From Candidatus Bathyarchaeia archaeon (GTDB taxonomy: Archaea; Thermoproteota; Bathyarchaeia; Bathyarchaeales; Bathycorpusculaceae), in the NCBI GenBank assembly GCA_050010515.1, contig JBEKKX010000014.1, positions 1 to 61,631 of the forward strand: a stretch of 61,631 nucleotides of DNA. Direction: 5' to 3'. Both the position numbers and the translations under genes were made by a program. The notes under the pieces were generated by a model that saw only the letters and a list, made by a program, of their open reading frames with translations, was not told the origin of the DNA and made no database searches. Positions 30,194-40,214 of this stretch are shown one piece after another; position 1 is the stretch's first letter; every line of letters starts with the position of its first letter.

Positions 30194-30498
30194 TTTTCTT
30201 CGCCAGTTATCCTCTGTTTATATCTTCTTTCCTTTTAAATCATTGCTTTTTCAAGTTGAAACTGTTCTATCTTAAAAATGGGCCACAGTCCTTAAGATGG
30301 ACTGAAGGGGAGTGGGTGGGTGTGGGGATTCGAGATTGGAGCAAATTGTGGTTAATTATGAAAATTTTATCAATTCCTAAATTTAAACAATTAAACATTT
30401 TCCACATAAGTATCCCGTTAAACGTTAAATATATTTATGCTTAAACACCTATTAAATAAACAGTTAATCAAACGCTAAATAACAGGTGAAAAGAATAA

Positions 30499-31863
30499 AT
30501 GAGAAACTTCAAAGATGCCGCTTGGAAAGAGAGCGTAACAAAAGTAATTCAAGAAATACGCGAACAAGAAATTAAATTCATCAGACTTCAATTCACAGAC
30601 ATAAACGGCATGTTAAAGAATTTAGCTGTAAGCTCAAAAAACATTGAGTCAATATTTGAAAACGGCCAATCTTTCGACGGGTCCTCCATAACAGGCTACA
30701 GGCCAATTGAAGAATCAGACATGGTGCTATACCCTGACCCGACAACCTTCGCGGTTCTGCCTTGGCGACCGAAAGAAAAATCTTCTGCGAGGTTGCTCTG
30801 CGACATTTACACTCCACAAAACAAGCGTTTTGAAGGGGACCCACGGTACGTTCTTGAGCGAGCCATTGAAAAAGCGTCCAAAGCAGGCTACACGTTCATG
30901 TGCGCTCCAGAATTAGAATTTTTCATAGTAAAAGAAAGCGAAACTGGCGGCTTGCCAACACCAATAGATATGGCAGGCTACTTCGATTTTCATCCTGGCG
31001 ACTTAACAGATGATTTGAGACGGGAAATAGCTGATACTGCTGAAGCCTTCGGTATAGAAATAGAAATTTCGCATCATGAAGTTGCATTGGGACAAAACGA
31101 AATTGATTTCAAATATGATGAGGCATTAAAAACAGCTGATAGAACCATTACTATGAAAATGTGCGGAAAAGTAGTTGGGGCAAGAAACGGTTACGTCACC
31201 ACGTACATGCCTAAACCCTTTCCGGGCATAAATGGTTCAGGAATGCACACTCACCAAAGCCTCTGGAACAAAAACGTGACGCAAAACCTATTTTACGCAG
31301 ATGACGAAAAGAACGGGTACCTATCAGACTTAGCAAGAAACTTCATCGGGGGGCAACTGGCTCACGGACGCAAAATGTGCGCGATTCTTGATTCTTGGCC
31401 AAACAGTTTCAAACGATTAGTTCCCGGCTACGAAGCACCCGTGTATCTTGCTTGGGCGCACAAAAACCGCTCACCGCTTATCCGTGTGCCAAACTTTGGC
31501 GGAAGGAAAAACGCTGCCAGATGCGAAATCCGCTGTCCAGACGGCGCAGGAAACCCATATCTGCAATTTGCAGTGCTTCTCGCGGCTGGTTTGGATGGTA
31601 TCAAGAACAGGATTGACCCAGGCGAACCAGTGGAGTTAAACGTTTACCAGATGACCTATGAAGAGCGCAAAGAACGAAACATTGTCTCACTGCCGGAATC
31701 ATTACAAGAAGCACTTGATGAGCTTGAGACCAGCGATTTGATGCGTGAAACACTGGGCGAAACCGCATTTCTAAATTTTCTGCGTGAAAAACGCAGAGAA
31801 TGGGACCTCTACAAAACGCAAGTAACCGAGTGGGAAGTCAACCGCTACATCAAACGACTCTAA
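30499..31863 (+). CDS. glnA: Type I glutamine synthetase (short GSI-alpha-like form)
   Basis: LQFTD, FDGSS, PELEFF, HHEVA, NGSGMHTH, LVPGYEAP, NRSP, EIR. Confidence 0.93.
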   Translation: MRNFKDAAWKESVTKVIQEIREQEIKFIRLQFTDINGMLKNLAVSSKNIESIFENGQSFDGSSITGYRPIEESDMVLYPDPTTFAVLPWRPKEKSSARLLCDIYTPQNKRFEGDPRYVLERAIEKASKAGYTFMCAPELEFFIVKESETGGLPTPIDMAGYFDFHPGDLTDDLRREIADTAEAFGIEIEISHHEVALGQNEIDFKYDEALKTADRTITMKMCGKVVGARNGYVTTYMPKPFPGINGSGMHTHQSLWNKNVTQNLFYADDEKNGYLSDLARNFIGGQLAHGRKMCAILDSWPNSFKRLVPGYEAPVYLAWAHKNRSPLIRVPNFGGRKNAARCEIRCPDGAGNPYLQFAVLLAAGLDGIKNRIDPGEPVELNVYQMTYEERKERNIVSLPESLQEALDELETSDLMRETLGETAFLNFLREKRREWDLYKTQVTEWEVNRYIKRL

Positions 31864-32094
31864 GCTTAAGGGCTTTATTTCTTTTCTTTATTTTTGACTT
31901 CTGTATGTGTTTTAGCTGTCGGCTTTTTGTGTTAAGATATTTGTGTGTGTTCAATAGACCCTCCCGGTCTACTAGATGCTTCTAATAGGCTTCAAATATG
32001 ATTCAACATAGTTCAACATAGAAATAATGCCCGCACTTTCAACATGAAACAGCGCTCTTCTATGGTAAAAGAGCAAGCATAATGAGCTAAATGC

Positions 32095-33369
32095 CTAGCT
32101 TTTAATTTTTTCAGCCAGTTCTTTAAGGGGAACGATTGTTTGTTCCCGTTTAGCTAAATTCCTCAGCATCACAGCGCCCTCTTTGAGCTCGCGCTCGCCG
32201 ACAATCACTGCATAATCGGCTTGTCGCTTGTCAGCATCCTCCAAAGCTTTAGCCATCTTGCGGCCCATAATTTCAAACTCAACAGTAACGCCTGAGCTTC
32301 TGAGCGTTTGAGCAATTTTTAATGCCTCAACCTTCAAGGAATTATTCGTTGCAAGAACAAGAACCCTTTTCCCAACTTTACCTGCAAGTGTTGCTTTCTG
32401 GGTTTGCAATGCAAGCGCAACGCGGTCAATCCCGTGTGCACAACCAACTGCTGGCGTGGGTTCACCGCCGAACAATTCGATAAGCTTATCGTATCTGCCT
32501 CCGCCGCCAAGTGCAATGTCCAGTTGCGGAATGTACACTTCAAAAATCATGCCTGTGTAATACTCTAAGCCCCTGGCGAAGGCGGGCTCAACAACCTGCA
32601 CAGGGCACCCGCTCTCCACCACAAGCTTAAGCACGTCGCCGAGGTTTTCTGCGGCAGCCTTAGCCTTCCCGTAACCAGCCACGTAACTTTTTATTTTCTC
32701 AACCGTTTCAAAACAGTCATCGCCTTTCAGCTTGAGTAATCCTTCAAGCATACTGCGGCATCGATCTGTCGGCGCCAGCTTGAAAGCTTCCTCATACTCT
32801 TTCTTATCCATCCGTTGTAGGATTGCGTTTTGAGTTTTTTCGTCTGCGCCTTCTTGGCTGAGGATGCCGCGTATTACGCCTATTTGACCTATTTTGAAGG
32901 CGTAGTCCTGCAAACCCAACGCTTTCATTAAACTGTTGGTTAGCAATACGATTTCTGCGTCTGCTTCTGGCCTGCCTGAGCCCATTAATTCAAAGTTTGA
33001 TTGCCAAAACTCCCTATATCGCCCACGCTGCGGCTCGTCATAACGGTAAACGCTGCCCACAGAAAACAACCTCAGCGGCTTCGGTTCATTTTTCAGGGTT
33101 GTAGTTGCTAAGCGCGCGATTGAAGCGGTAAATTCTGGACGCAGTGCCACTTGTCGGTCGCCGAGGTCTTTGAAAATGAACATGCGCTGACGAATCTCCT
33201 CACCAGATTTAGCGCTTAAAAGCTCAAGCGGCTCAACCACTGGCGTTATGACTTCTTTGTAACCGTAAAGCGCCGCGGTTTCACGGGCTTTGCTTATTAT
33301 GTATGTGAAGGCTTGCGCTTCTTCACCGAGCAGATCTCTCATCCCGCGAACAGTTTGGAAAGAGGGCAT
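32095..33369 (-). CDS. hisS: Histidine--tRNA ligase
   Basis: RGMRD, LRPEFT, RYDEPQRGRYREF, RGLEYYTG, GGGRYD. Confidence 0.97.
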   Translation of the reverse strand: MPSFQTVRGMRDLLGEEAQAFTYIISKARETAALYGYKEVITPVVEPLELLSAKSGEEIRQRMFIFKDLGDRQVALRPEFTASIARLATTTLKNEPKPLRLFSVGSVYRYDEPQRGRYREFWQSNFELMGSGRPEADAEIVLLTNSLMKALGLQDYAFKIGQIGVIRGILSQEGADEKTQNAILQRMDKKEYEEAFKLAPTDRCRSMLEGLLKLKGDDCFETVEKIKSYVAGYGKAKAAAENLGDVLKLVVESGCPVQVVEPAFARGLEYYTGMIFEVYIPQLDIALGGGGRYDKLIELFGGEPTPAVGCAHGIDRVALALQTQKATLAGKVGKRVLVLATNNSLKVEALKIAQTLRSSGVTVEFEIMGRKMAKALEDADKRQADYAVIVGERELKEGAVMLRNLAKREQTIVPLKELAEKIKS

Positions 33370-33569
33370 AGCGTTTTCTCCTTTGCTTAAGATGGTGCAA
33401 TTATTCTTTTAAACTCTCGCTCACCGCTAAGCCAGTGTTTGCGCTTAAATCAGGAGAGATAGGCAGGACAAAACAGATAAACCTAAGAACCATTCAAACA
33501 GACTACTCATTAAAAACTGAATGTGCTGTTTTTTAGGAAGTTTTAAATGGGTGTTTATCCCACTCAGTA

Positions 33570-33836
33570 TTGGTGGGAAAGATGGAAGAGCAAGAACAAT
33601 TTACCGTCAAAATAGACTCAAAAGGCAGAATCTGCATCCCAGCGGAAATAAGAGAAGAAATCGGAGACACCGCCACCCTTAAAAAAACCCCCAAAGGCTA
33701 TCTCATAGTTCCAGGTAAGCAGGAGGATTTTCGAGAAGAGTTTATAAAATTAATCACTTCTGAACCAAAGCGAAAAGGCAAGCCCAAGCTTGCAACTCCA
33801 GAAGAAATGAAGTCCGTATGGAGAACAGTCAAGTGA
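33570..33836 (+). CDS. AbrB/MazE-family antitoxin (VapB)
   Basis: KIDSKGRICIPAEIRE swapped-hairpin motif; upstream of a PIN gene. Confidence 0.85.
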   Translation: MVGKMEEQEQFTVKIDSKGRICIPAEIREEIGDTATLKKTPKGYLIVPGKQEDFREEFIKLITSEPKRKGKPKLATPEEMKSVWRTVK

Positions 33837-34270
33837 TAACTGGGGTAGACACCAACATTCTCTGTTATGCTCTTGAACCAGCCTATCCTGAACATGAACA
33901 AGTCAAGGACTTGTTAATCAGCCTGTCATCAGAGAATATTGTTGCCTTAAACCCGACCGTTCTGCATGAAGCTTATCATACACTTGTTTTTTATTTAGAG
34001 TGGACCCCTGAAGAAGCCGCAAGAAGGCTCATTGCGCTGATTAGGTATCCGTATATTGAGTTTTTTAACCAAACACAAAAGACCACGCTTATTGCCCTAA
34101 ACCTTTCAGTTAAGCATAACCTTGACGGAAGAGACGCCCTCATCATAGCCAACTTCATAGCAAACAAAATACCAATCATGTACACTCATGACAACCCCCT
34201 CCTAAAAATACAAAAAATAACATGGAAAAACACCAACATAACTTTCAAAGACCCAATAGCTCAAAAATAA
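33818..34270 (+). CDS. vapC: PIN-domain toxin
   Basis: VDTNIL, E (LHEA), D (RDAL), THD acidic quartet. Confidence 0.85.
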   Translation: MENSQVITGVDTNILCYALEPAYPEHEQVKDLLISLSSENIVALNPTVLHEAYHTLVFYLEWTPEEAARRLIALIRYPYIEFFNQTQKTTLIALNLSVKHNLDGRDALIIANFIANKIPIMYTHDNPLLKIQKITWKNTNITFKDPIAQK

Positions 34271-34360
34271 ACAAATTCAGAGATAAGGTAAAAGACTTTG
34301 CCGAAGAGTTCGACTTAAAGTGATTGCTTGTATATCTTAGAGGGTCTTTTTAATTCCTTC

Positions 34361-35161
34361 TCACGGCTTGTATGCTTCTACTTCTATGCGCATCATTCCA
34401 ACGTGAACCGTGCCCTCGGCATCTGCAGGGTGCTCTTTTAGGTAGCGGTTTACGATTAGTTCAACGAATTTTGGTCTAAGTTCAATTGGAAGTTTGTCTG
34501 TAAAAGGCAGCCATGTGGTCCGTACCCACCCGGCTAAGCCTTCTGCACCCTTAAACTTCATGTCCTTAGGAAAAAGCTCAACCCGCAATTGCACCAAATC
34601 TGCTGATTGTAGGAACGCTTTGTATTCTTCTGTGTCGTAGAAGCCGTAGGGGAACGTCATGGTGCTGAAAAATCCCTTCCACGGCTTCACTGCCGCCAGC
34701 TTGTTTATAATGCTGAGTATGTCTTTGGCGTTGCCTTTTCCAGCCATCTGAAACAGTAGCCTGCCGCCCGACTTTAAGCTTCTTTTGACGCCATTCAGCA
34801 CGGTTTTCTGGTCAACAATCCAATGCAGTGCAGCATTAGAAAATGCCCTGTCAAACTCTGAGTGGAAAGTTAGTTTCTTCGCATTCATCACATGAAAAGA
34901 CAGGTTCGGGTAATCTTTGCTTGGGAAATTGTGCTGTGCCAAGCGTATCATTTCAGCGGAGCTGTCAACGCCGACTACTCTTCCATTAGGTAGGTACCGC
35001 GCTAGTTCCACGGTGATTTTTCCGTCGCCACAACCAATGTCGAGTAATGTTTCGTTTCCTTGGAGTTTTAGTTTGGGAATTAGCTCTTTTGCCCATTGGA
35101 ACTGGTTTGCTGAGTTTTTGGCGTAGTCTTGAGCATTCCAATTATAACCTTGATTTGACAT
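34361..35161 (-). CDS. Class I SAM-dependent methyltransferase (Tam-like)
   Basis: LDIGCGDG, GVDSS, FSNAALHW. Confidence 0.88.
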   Translation of the reverse strand: MSNQGYNWNAQDYAKNSANQFQWAKELIPKLKLQGNETLLDIGCGDGKITVELARYLPNGRVVGVDSSAEMIRLAQHNFPSKDYPNLSFHVMNAKKLTFHSEFDRAFSNAALHWIVDQKTVLNGVKRSLKSGGRLLFQMAGKGNAKDILSIINKLAAVKPWKGFFSTMTFPYGFYDTEEYKAFLQSADLVQLRVELFPKDMKFKGAEGLAGWVRTTWLPFTDKLPIELRPKFVELIVNRYLKEHPADAEGTVHVGMMRIEVEAYKP

Positions 35162-35174
35162 ATCTTGCGCCAGA

Positions 35175-35726
35175 TTATTTGAACGTTAACTGTGACACGG
35201 AGTAGTAAACAATTTCGCCTCGGCGGTTCATAACTGCAAGGATTAACTCTTTCTTTTGGCTTTGACACTGCTGCAAGGCGTCTGCTAACTCGTCTATGCC
35301 TAAGGGTTTTCCTTCTTGAGTGCTCAACACCAAGTAAGGTGCGGTGTCCTTGCCGTATGCGCCTCTCTCATAAATTCGAAAGTCAATTCCTGCGCCGAAT
35401 CCTTCCCGTGCAACGTAGCCGCGGCTTCTTAGGTCACGGTAAACAATGTAGCTGACCCACGCATTCTCATTAACAGCCTCATAACAGTGCAGAAGGCTTT
35501 GGAAATCCACTGCTTTGCCGTTTTCGTCTTTGACTTCAAGCATGCTCTTATCCACAAGGTACAATGCTTCAAAAAATGTAAGCGTGAAAACCTTGTTCTC
35601 TAACGTGCCATATCCCCGTGAAGTAAGCGCGTCAATGCTACTTTGGTCACCTACCACAACCCCTTTCTGTGCAAGTGTGCCGTTGGTTCTGAATTCTGGA
35701 GGCTGCGCCTTTTTGGATTCGCTCAT
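35175..35726 (-). CDS. endA: tRNA-splicing endonuclease subunit, likely the non-catalytic structural subunit
   Basis: EALYL, VYRDLRSRGY, DFRIYERG; the catalytic His position reads DTAPY. Confidence 0.85.
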   Translation of the reverse strand: MSESKKAQPPEFRTNGTLAQKGVVVGDQSSIDALTSRGYGTLENKVFTLTFFEALYLVDKSMLEVKDENGKAVDFQSLLHCYEAVNENAWVSYIVYRDLRSRGYVAREGFGAGIDFRIYERGAYGKDTAPYLVLSTQEGKPLGIDELADALQQCQSQKKELILAVMNRRGEIVYYSVSQLTFK

Positions 35727-36760
35727 TTTGCTCTTTTTCCTTCATCCTTGAACTTACTAAAATCTTTATTGTAGTAAACTTGAGTCTCGCATATGATTGC
35801 TGACACGTATTTTAGTGGAGTAATGTCGAAGGCTGGGTTCATAACGTTGACGCCGTCGGGAGCGATTTGATGGGAACCGATGTGCGTGACTTCTTCGGGT
35901 TTGCGCTCTTCAATGATAACGTCTGATGTTTTGTGTGCTAAGTCGAAGGTGGATTTTGGCGCTGCGACATAAAACGGTATATGATGCTCATGCGCTAGGA
36001 CTGCCACTGAAAACGTGCCGATCTTGTTAACTACAGCGTCTTGGACGATGCGGTCGGCGCCAACAATAACTTTGTCAACAAGCCCCTTATGCATGACGTA
36101 ACCTGCCATGTTATCCGTTATCAAAGTAACAGGTATCCCATCGCGCTTAAGCTCATAAACCGTAAGCCTAGCACCCTGCAGCAGTGGACGGGTTTCGTCA
36201 GCGATGACTTTGATTTTTTTGCCTTGCTCCCAAGCCGCGCGGATAACGCCTAAAGCGGTTCCATACTCAACGGTTGCCAACTCGCCTGCGTTGCAATGGG
36301 TTAAAATGGTGTCGCCGTCCTCTATGAGTGCTGAGCCGTTTTTGCCTATTGCATGATTCTGCGCCGCGTCTTCATCCGCAATTTTCTGCGCTTCTTCGAT
36401 TACTGCCTGTTTCAGTTCTTCCACGTTTCCTGAAAAACCTCTGGCTGTGTTTAGGACGCGGTCTACACCCCAAAACAGGTTCACCGCTGTTGGACGTTGA
36501 CACTTAATAATTGCACCCGCATCCTCAAGCTCAGCTAACAGCTTTTCTTTGCTATTGGCTTTTGAATGGTAAGCTGCCAGTGCAACGCCAAAGGCTGCCG
36601 CCGCGCCCAGCAGTGGGGCGCCTCTGACACGTAGGGTTTTTATGGCTTCAGCCATTTGCTCAACTGTTTTGATTTCTAAGGTGACTTCTTGGAGGGGTAG
36701 TTTGGTTTGGTCAAGCGTAATGACCACTCCATTGCGCCACTGTATCATCCGCATTTTCAT
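35723..36760 (-). CDS. mtnA: S-methyl-5-thioribose-1-phosphate isomerase
   Basis: LDQTKLP, VRGAP, RPTAVNL, THCNAG, ETRPLLQG, NPAFD. Confidence 0.93.
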   Translation of the reverse strand: MKMRMIQWRNGVVITLDQTKLPLQEVTLEIKTVEQMAEAIKTLRVRGAPLLGAAAAFGVALAAYHSKANSKEKLLAELEDAGAIIKCQRPTAVNLFWGVDRVLNTARGFSGNVEELKQAVIEEAQKIADEDAAQNHAIGKNGSALIEDGDTILTHCNAGELATVEYGTALGVIRAAWEQGKKIKVIADETRPLLQGARLTVYELKRDGIPVTLITDNMAGYVMHKGLVDKVIVGADRIVQDAVVNKIGTFSVAVLAHEHHIPFYVAAPKSTFDLAHKTSDVIIEERKPEEVTHIGSHQIAPDGVNVMNPAFDITPLKYVSAIICETQVYYNKDFSKFKDEGKRAK

Positions 36761-36820
36761 GTGCCTCGAACTGGTTGTGTAATGCTTAGTTGGGAACGGT
36801 TCTGTTTAAGATTTCGGAAA

Positions 36821-37210
36821 TCACTGCTTGTTTCGTTGAATCAAGTCGAATAGGTTGCCGTAAAGGTCTTCAAAAACAACTTCAACGCCATAAGGCTGCT
36901 CAGTTGGCTCTCCAAAGAATCTTACTCCTTTAACTTTCATTGCATCGTAGTCTCTGCGGCAATTGTCAGTCTCTAATGTAAGAAACACGTGGTCTCCCGC
37001 CTGCTTTCCCAACGCTTTAAGCTTGTCCTCGGTGTCTGCTTTAATAAAAGTTAATTCAAGGTCCGGTTGGTCTAACGGTGAAACAGTAACCCACCGCATG
37101 TCTCCCCAAAAAACGGTGTCTTCTTGTTTCTTGAATCCAAGCTTTTCAACATAAAACTTTGTTGCCTCATCTTGGTCTTTGACGAGGATGGTGATATGGT
37201 CTATTTTCAT
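36821..37210 (-). CDS. VOC/glyoxalase family protein
   Basis: HITILVKDQDEAxxFY...LGF, FEDLYGN. Confidence 0.88.
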   Translation of the reverse strand: MKIDHITILVKDQDEATKFYVEKLGFKKQEDTVFWGDMRWVTVSPLDQPDLELTFIKADTEDKLKALGKQAGDHVFLTLETDNCRRDYDAMKVKGVRFFGEPTEQPYGVEVVFEDLYGNLFDLIQRNKQ

Positions 37211-37276
37211 TTGGGCTTCACTTCATACTGAATAAATTGGGAAACTGAAAAGAAAAATGTTAGCCCAAGCTTGAGC

Positions 37277-38029
37277 TTAAGCAGAGTGGTCAAAGGGCGA
37301 TTTTAGGTAAGTAACAACTTCCACTGGGGAATCTTCGCCTGATTTTAGCCGTTTCTTCCATTCCTCTCCGACGGCGATAAGCGAGAAAATGCCTGAAACT
37401 TCAGCTTTCGACTTCTTGACAAGGGTTACGAGTGCTTCTTGTGTTTCGCCGCTTTTAATCATGTCATCTACAATTAGTACGCTGTCGCGTTTTTTGATTG
37501 CTTCTTTAGGAATGTAGAGTGTAACGGTTACGCCTGAATCTCTCCCTAAAATGTACGTTTCGTCTAGGAAGGCTTTAACGCCGACTTCCTTGTTGCGCTT
37601 TGCAACGATAAGGTTTACTCCTAGCGCATTGGCAACCATGGTGGCTAAGGGAATGCCGTCAACGGCTGCTGTTAAAACTTTTGTAACTCGTTTTCCAGCA
37701 AAATTTGCAAGTGCATGGTTTGCCGCTTGCTGAAGAATGTTGTAGTCGCCGACAATTTCAGTATTATCAAAATAGCCGGCTTCGTCAAATTTTATTCTGC
37801 TGCGCAATTCTGCTTCTAAACCAACAATCTTGTTTAAAACTCGCCATAATTGCTTGGCTCTTACAGTGTTCGGCAACACATGCCCTTTTGCGTAGCGGCT
37901 TAAAACGGTGACTGGTAAATCGGTTTTTGAGGCTAATTCCCGGTAAGTAATATTCCGCTTATATTTCGCTGTTCTCAACAGTTCGATTGTCATTAAGCGG
38001 AGTTTCAAATCTTCTGCGTGAGTGCTCAA
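37277..38029 (-). CDS. HTH-phosphoribosyltransferase (PurR-like) regulator
   Basis: N-terminal HTH (TYRELA...VLSRY), PRPP motif VLIVDDMIKSGET. Confidence 0.85.
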   Translation of the reverse strand: MSTHAEDLKLRLMTIELLRTAKYKRNITYRELASKTDLPVTVLSRYAKGHVLPNTVRAKQLWRVLNKIVGLEAELRSRIKFDEAGYFDNTEIVGDYNILQQAANHALANFAGKRVTKVLTAAVDGIPLATMVANALGVNLIVAKRNKEVGVKAFLDETYILGRDSGVTVTLYIPKEAIKKRDSVLIVDDMIKSGETQEALVTLVKKSKAEVSGIFSLIAVGEEWKKRLKSGEDSPVEVVTYLKSPFDHSA

Positions 38030-38198
38030 TTTTACCTTATCCCCTTTTCACACTTATAAGTCAAATATAAGATGTTTATTAAATATTGTATCTTGCCAAT
38101 TTATGCCTTTCTGTTTAAAGTAAATCAATGTCCAAGCACCAAAGTCTTAACAAGACTCAAACATTTACTATTGTACATTAAACTTTTTAGACAGTAGC

Positions 38199-38771
38199 GT
38201 GAACTGCTATATCAAAGGGGGCTATTTGACGCAGAAGACTAAACGATTATTCATTACTGCACTTTTCGGGTCAATTATTTTTGTCGTCAACGTTTTTTTG
38301 CCGCCCCCAATAAACTACGTCTTAATAGTGGTTCAAGCGGTTCTTCTTGCGTTAAGCGGATTATTCATTAAAGCAGGCGCCTCCTCCGTAGGAGCAGTTG
38401 GGGGTCTATTAACCGCGCTGGGAAGTCCCGCTTTGGGTCCATTTACCTTTTTGTTTACCTTTCTCTTCGGCGTTTTAGTCGATGGCTTCCTGTTTATTTT
38501 CAGAATCACCGCTTCCCCCGAACGCGTAAACCGCAATAGGCTAATGGCTGCGATGGCTTTTAGCACAATGCTGATTGGCTTAATTAGTTATTCAGCGTTT
38601 GCTCTTTTTCCACACTTTATTCCCTTTGCGAAAGAGTGGGCTGGCTTATTTATTCAAAGAAGCACCATGCTAGATGCGCTTGTATTATTCATGGGTCCAG
38701 CTACCGGCATAGTGGCTGGTTATGCTGCAGCCTACTTGTGGAATAAGTACTTGCGAAACATCCGCATCTAA
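38199..38771 (+). CDS. Integral membrane protein, ECF S-component-like (start probably TTG ~38226)
   Basis: About 5-6 TM helices, ALF motif in TM1. Confidence 0.65.
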   Translation: MNCYIKGGYLTQKTKRLFITALFGSIIFVVNVFLPPPINYVLIVVQAVLLALSGLFIKAGASSVGAVGGLLTALGSPALGPFTFLFTFLFGVLVDGFLFIFRITASPERVNRNRLMAAMAFSTMLIGLISYSAFALFPHFIPFAKEWAGLFIQRSTMLDALVLFMGPATGIVAGYAAAYLWNKYLRNIRI

Positions 38772-39037
38772 AGCAGTAGCTGTTTGATTTTTTCATCAAC
38801 TAATTTAGCAATCATCAGATTGGAAATAAAAACGCATTTGACACCGGTTAATTCAGCCAGCTCAGCCGGCTTTTGATCCTGTGTTACAAGGATTAAATTG
38901 TGTTTGCCCGCGTATTCCACGATGTCTCTGTCTTTAGCACTTTTTAAACCCGCTTCCTGAGCGGTTAAAACTTCGTAACCTAAGGTTTCAAAGTATTCTT
39001 TTAAGCCAGCGTACATTTCATCTAACAGAATTTTCAT
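38768..39037 (-). CDS. DUF5615/Mut7-C PIN-like protein (no adjacent antitoxin)
   Basis: KILLDEM, LGYEV, DRDI, LVTQD. Confidence 0.8.
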   Translation of the reverse strand: MKILLDEMYAGLKEYFETLGYEVLTAQEAGLKSAKDRDIVEYAGKHNLILVTQDQKPAELAELTGVKCVFISNLMIAKLVDEKIKQLLL

Positions 39038-39062
39038 TTGGCTTCGCTTTCTATTTTTTTGT

Positions 39063-39131
39063 GGTTGCTTTTTTAGGTTTTGGTTTAATTTTTAAGTTGC
39101 GATTTTGTGTGCAGTGTAAGTTGCGACTTTT
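39063..39131 (+). repeat. G/T-rich repeat copy upstream of cas6
   Basis: ggttgcttttttaggttttggtttaatttttaagttgcgatttt...gttgcgactttt. Confidence 0.55.
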
Positions 39132-39282
39132 GGATGACGCGGGTGTGGTTTGGTTGATATGTTTTTTTGGCGGGTTGTTTGGTTTAGTGTTTGCTTAGGT
39201 TTTGTTTTTGTGTTTTTGGGAAGCTTGGTGGTCTTGGGGTCACGCAATTTTTAATAGGATAAAGCTTTGAAAGATTTGTTTT

Positions 39283-40038
39283 ATGCGTGTGCTCGTTGAG
39301 CTTAAGGCTAAAGCCAATTGTGTTTACGACTTGATATACCATCACAAAATGCAAGGCTTCATTTACGAACTACTGCGCAGCTCTACCTACGGCGATTTGC
39401 ATGACAAGCGGGGCTACAAGTTTTTCTGTTTCTCCAACATTTTCCCCAGCGTAGACATGCATGAGGGCGACATGCGTCATTTTTTGGTATCTTCTCCTGA
39501 CGAAGGCTTGATCGGTGTGGTTGCTGGCGGGTTAGAGAAGCTTCAACATGACAAGGAACGAGTAAACATTGGTGAGATGTCGTTTTCCGTGGAAAACACT
39601 TCTGTTTTAGCGCCCAAGATCGGCGGCTCATGTGTTTTGGCGGCAGGCACACCCATTGTAGTTAGGATACCCAAAGCCAACTATGCCCGTTACGGCATTG
39701 TGCCACCTCAGGATTACGAGTACGTTTACTGGCGCAAACAATACCATTTAGAAACATTCGTTCGGCAAGTAGAAGACAGCCTGTTTAAAAAATATAACCA
39801 ATACTATGGCACAAGAGTGGAAGCGTTCCCAATCTTCGAACAGTTCACCTTCCAAAAACAAGTCTGCAACCATCTGGTTCTTGATGGGTCAGAAATCAAA
39901 ATTTTTGGGACTGTTTGGCGTTTTTCCTTTAATAGTATTGATAACGACAAACGGAAGTTCTTGCAATTTGCTCTTGATGTCGGGTTGGGTGAACTAAACA
40001 GCATAGGATATGGATTCATGAACCTTACAAAATCGTGA
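39283..40038 (+). CDS. cas6: CRISPR pre-crRNA endoribonuclease Cas6
   Basis: YHHKMQGFIY, LHD, FFCFSNIF, SSPD, TPIVVRI, C-terminal G-loop GLGELNSIGYG. Confidence 0.93.
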   Translation: MRVLVELKAKANCVYDLIYHHKMQGFIYELLRSSTYGDLHDKRGYKFFCFSNIFPSVDMHEGDMRHFLVSSPDEGLIGVVAGGLEKLQHDKERVNIGEMSFSVENTSVLAPKIGGSCVLAAGTPIVVRIPKANYARYGIVPPQDYEYVYWRKQYHLETFVRQVEDSLFKKYNQYYGTRVEAFPIFEQFTFQKQVCNHLVLDGSEIKIFGTVWRFSFNSIDNDKRKFLQFALDVGLGELNSIGYGFMNLTKS

Positions 40039-40179
40039 GCGAAGTAATCCGTTGTGAAAGATCGTCGAAATGAGGCTAGTCACTAAGCATAATAAACGTT
40101 AGTTTCCGATAACTGTAACTCCAAAAACAAATGGCAAAAAAGCTTGGAGATAGAAATTAAAAGTAGCGCAAAACCATTT

Positions 40180-40200
40180 GTTAAACTTATAAATAAAGTA
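40180..40200 (+). promoter_or_regulatory. BRE/TATA-like promoter for a leaderless cas10 operon
   Basis: aaacttataaata about 25 nt upstream of the cas10 ATG, no SD. Confidence 0.5.
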
Positions 40201-40214
40201 ATAGATTATAAAAT

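Noticed and set aside
28010-30498. NrpR-type nitrogen operator upstream of the glnA genes
   Set aside because: No GGAA-N6-TTCC seen in either upstream region; only short AAACGTT-like words that are not convincing
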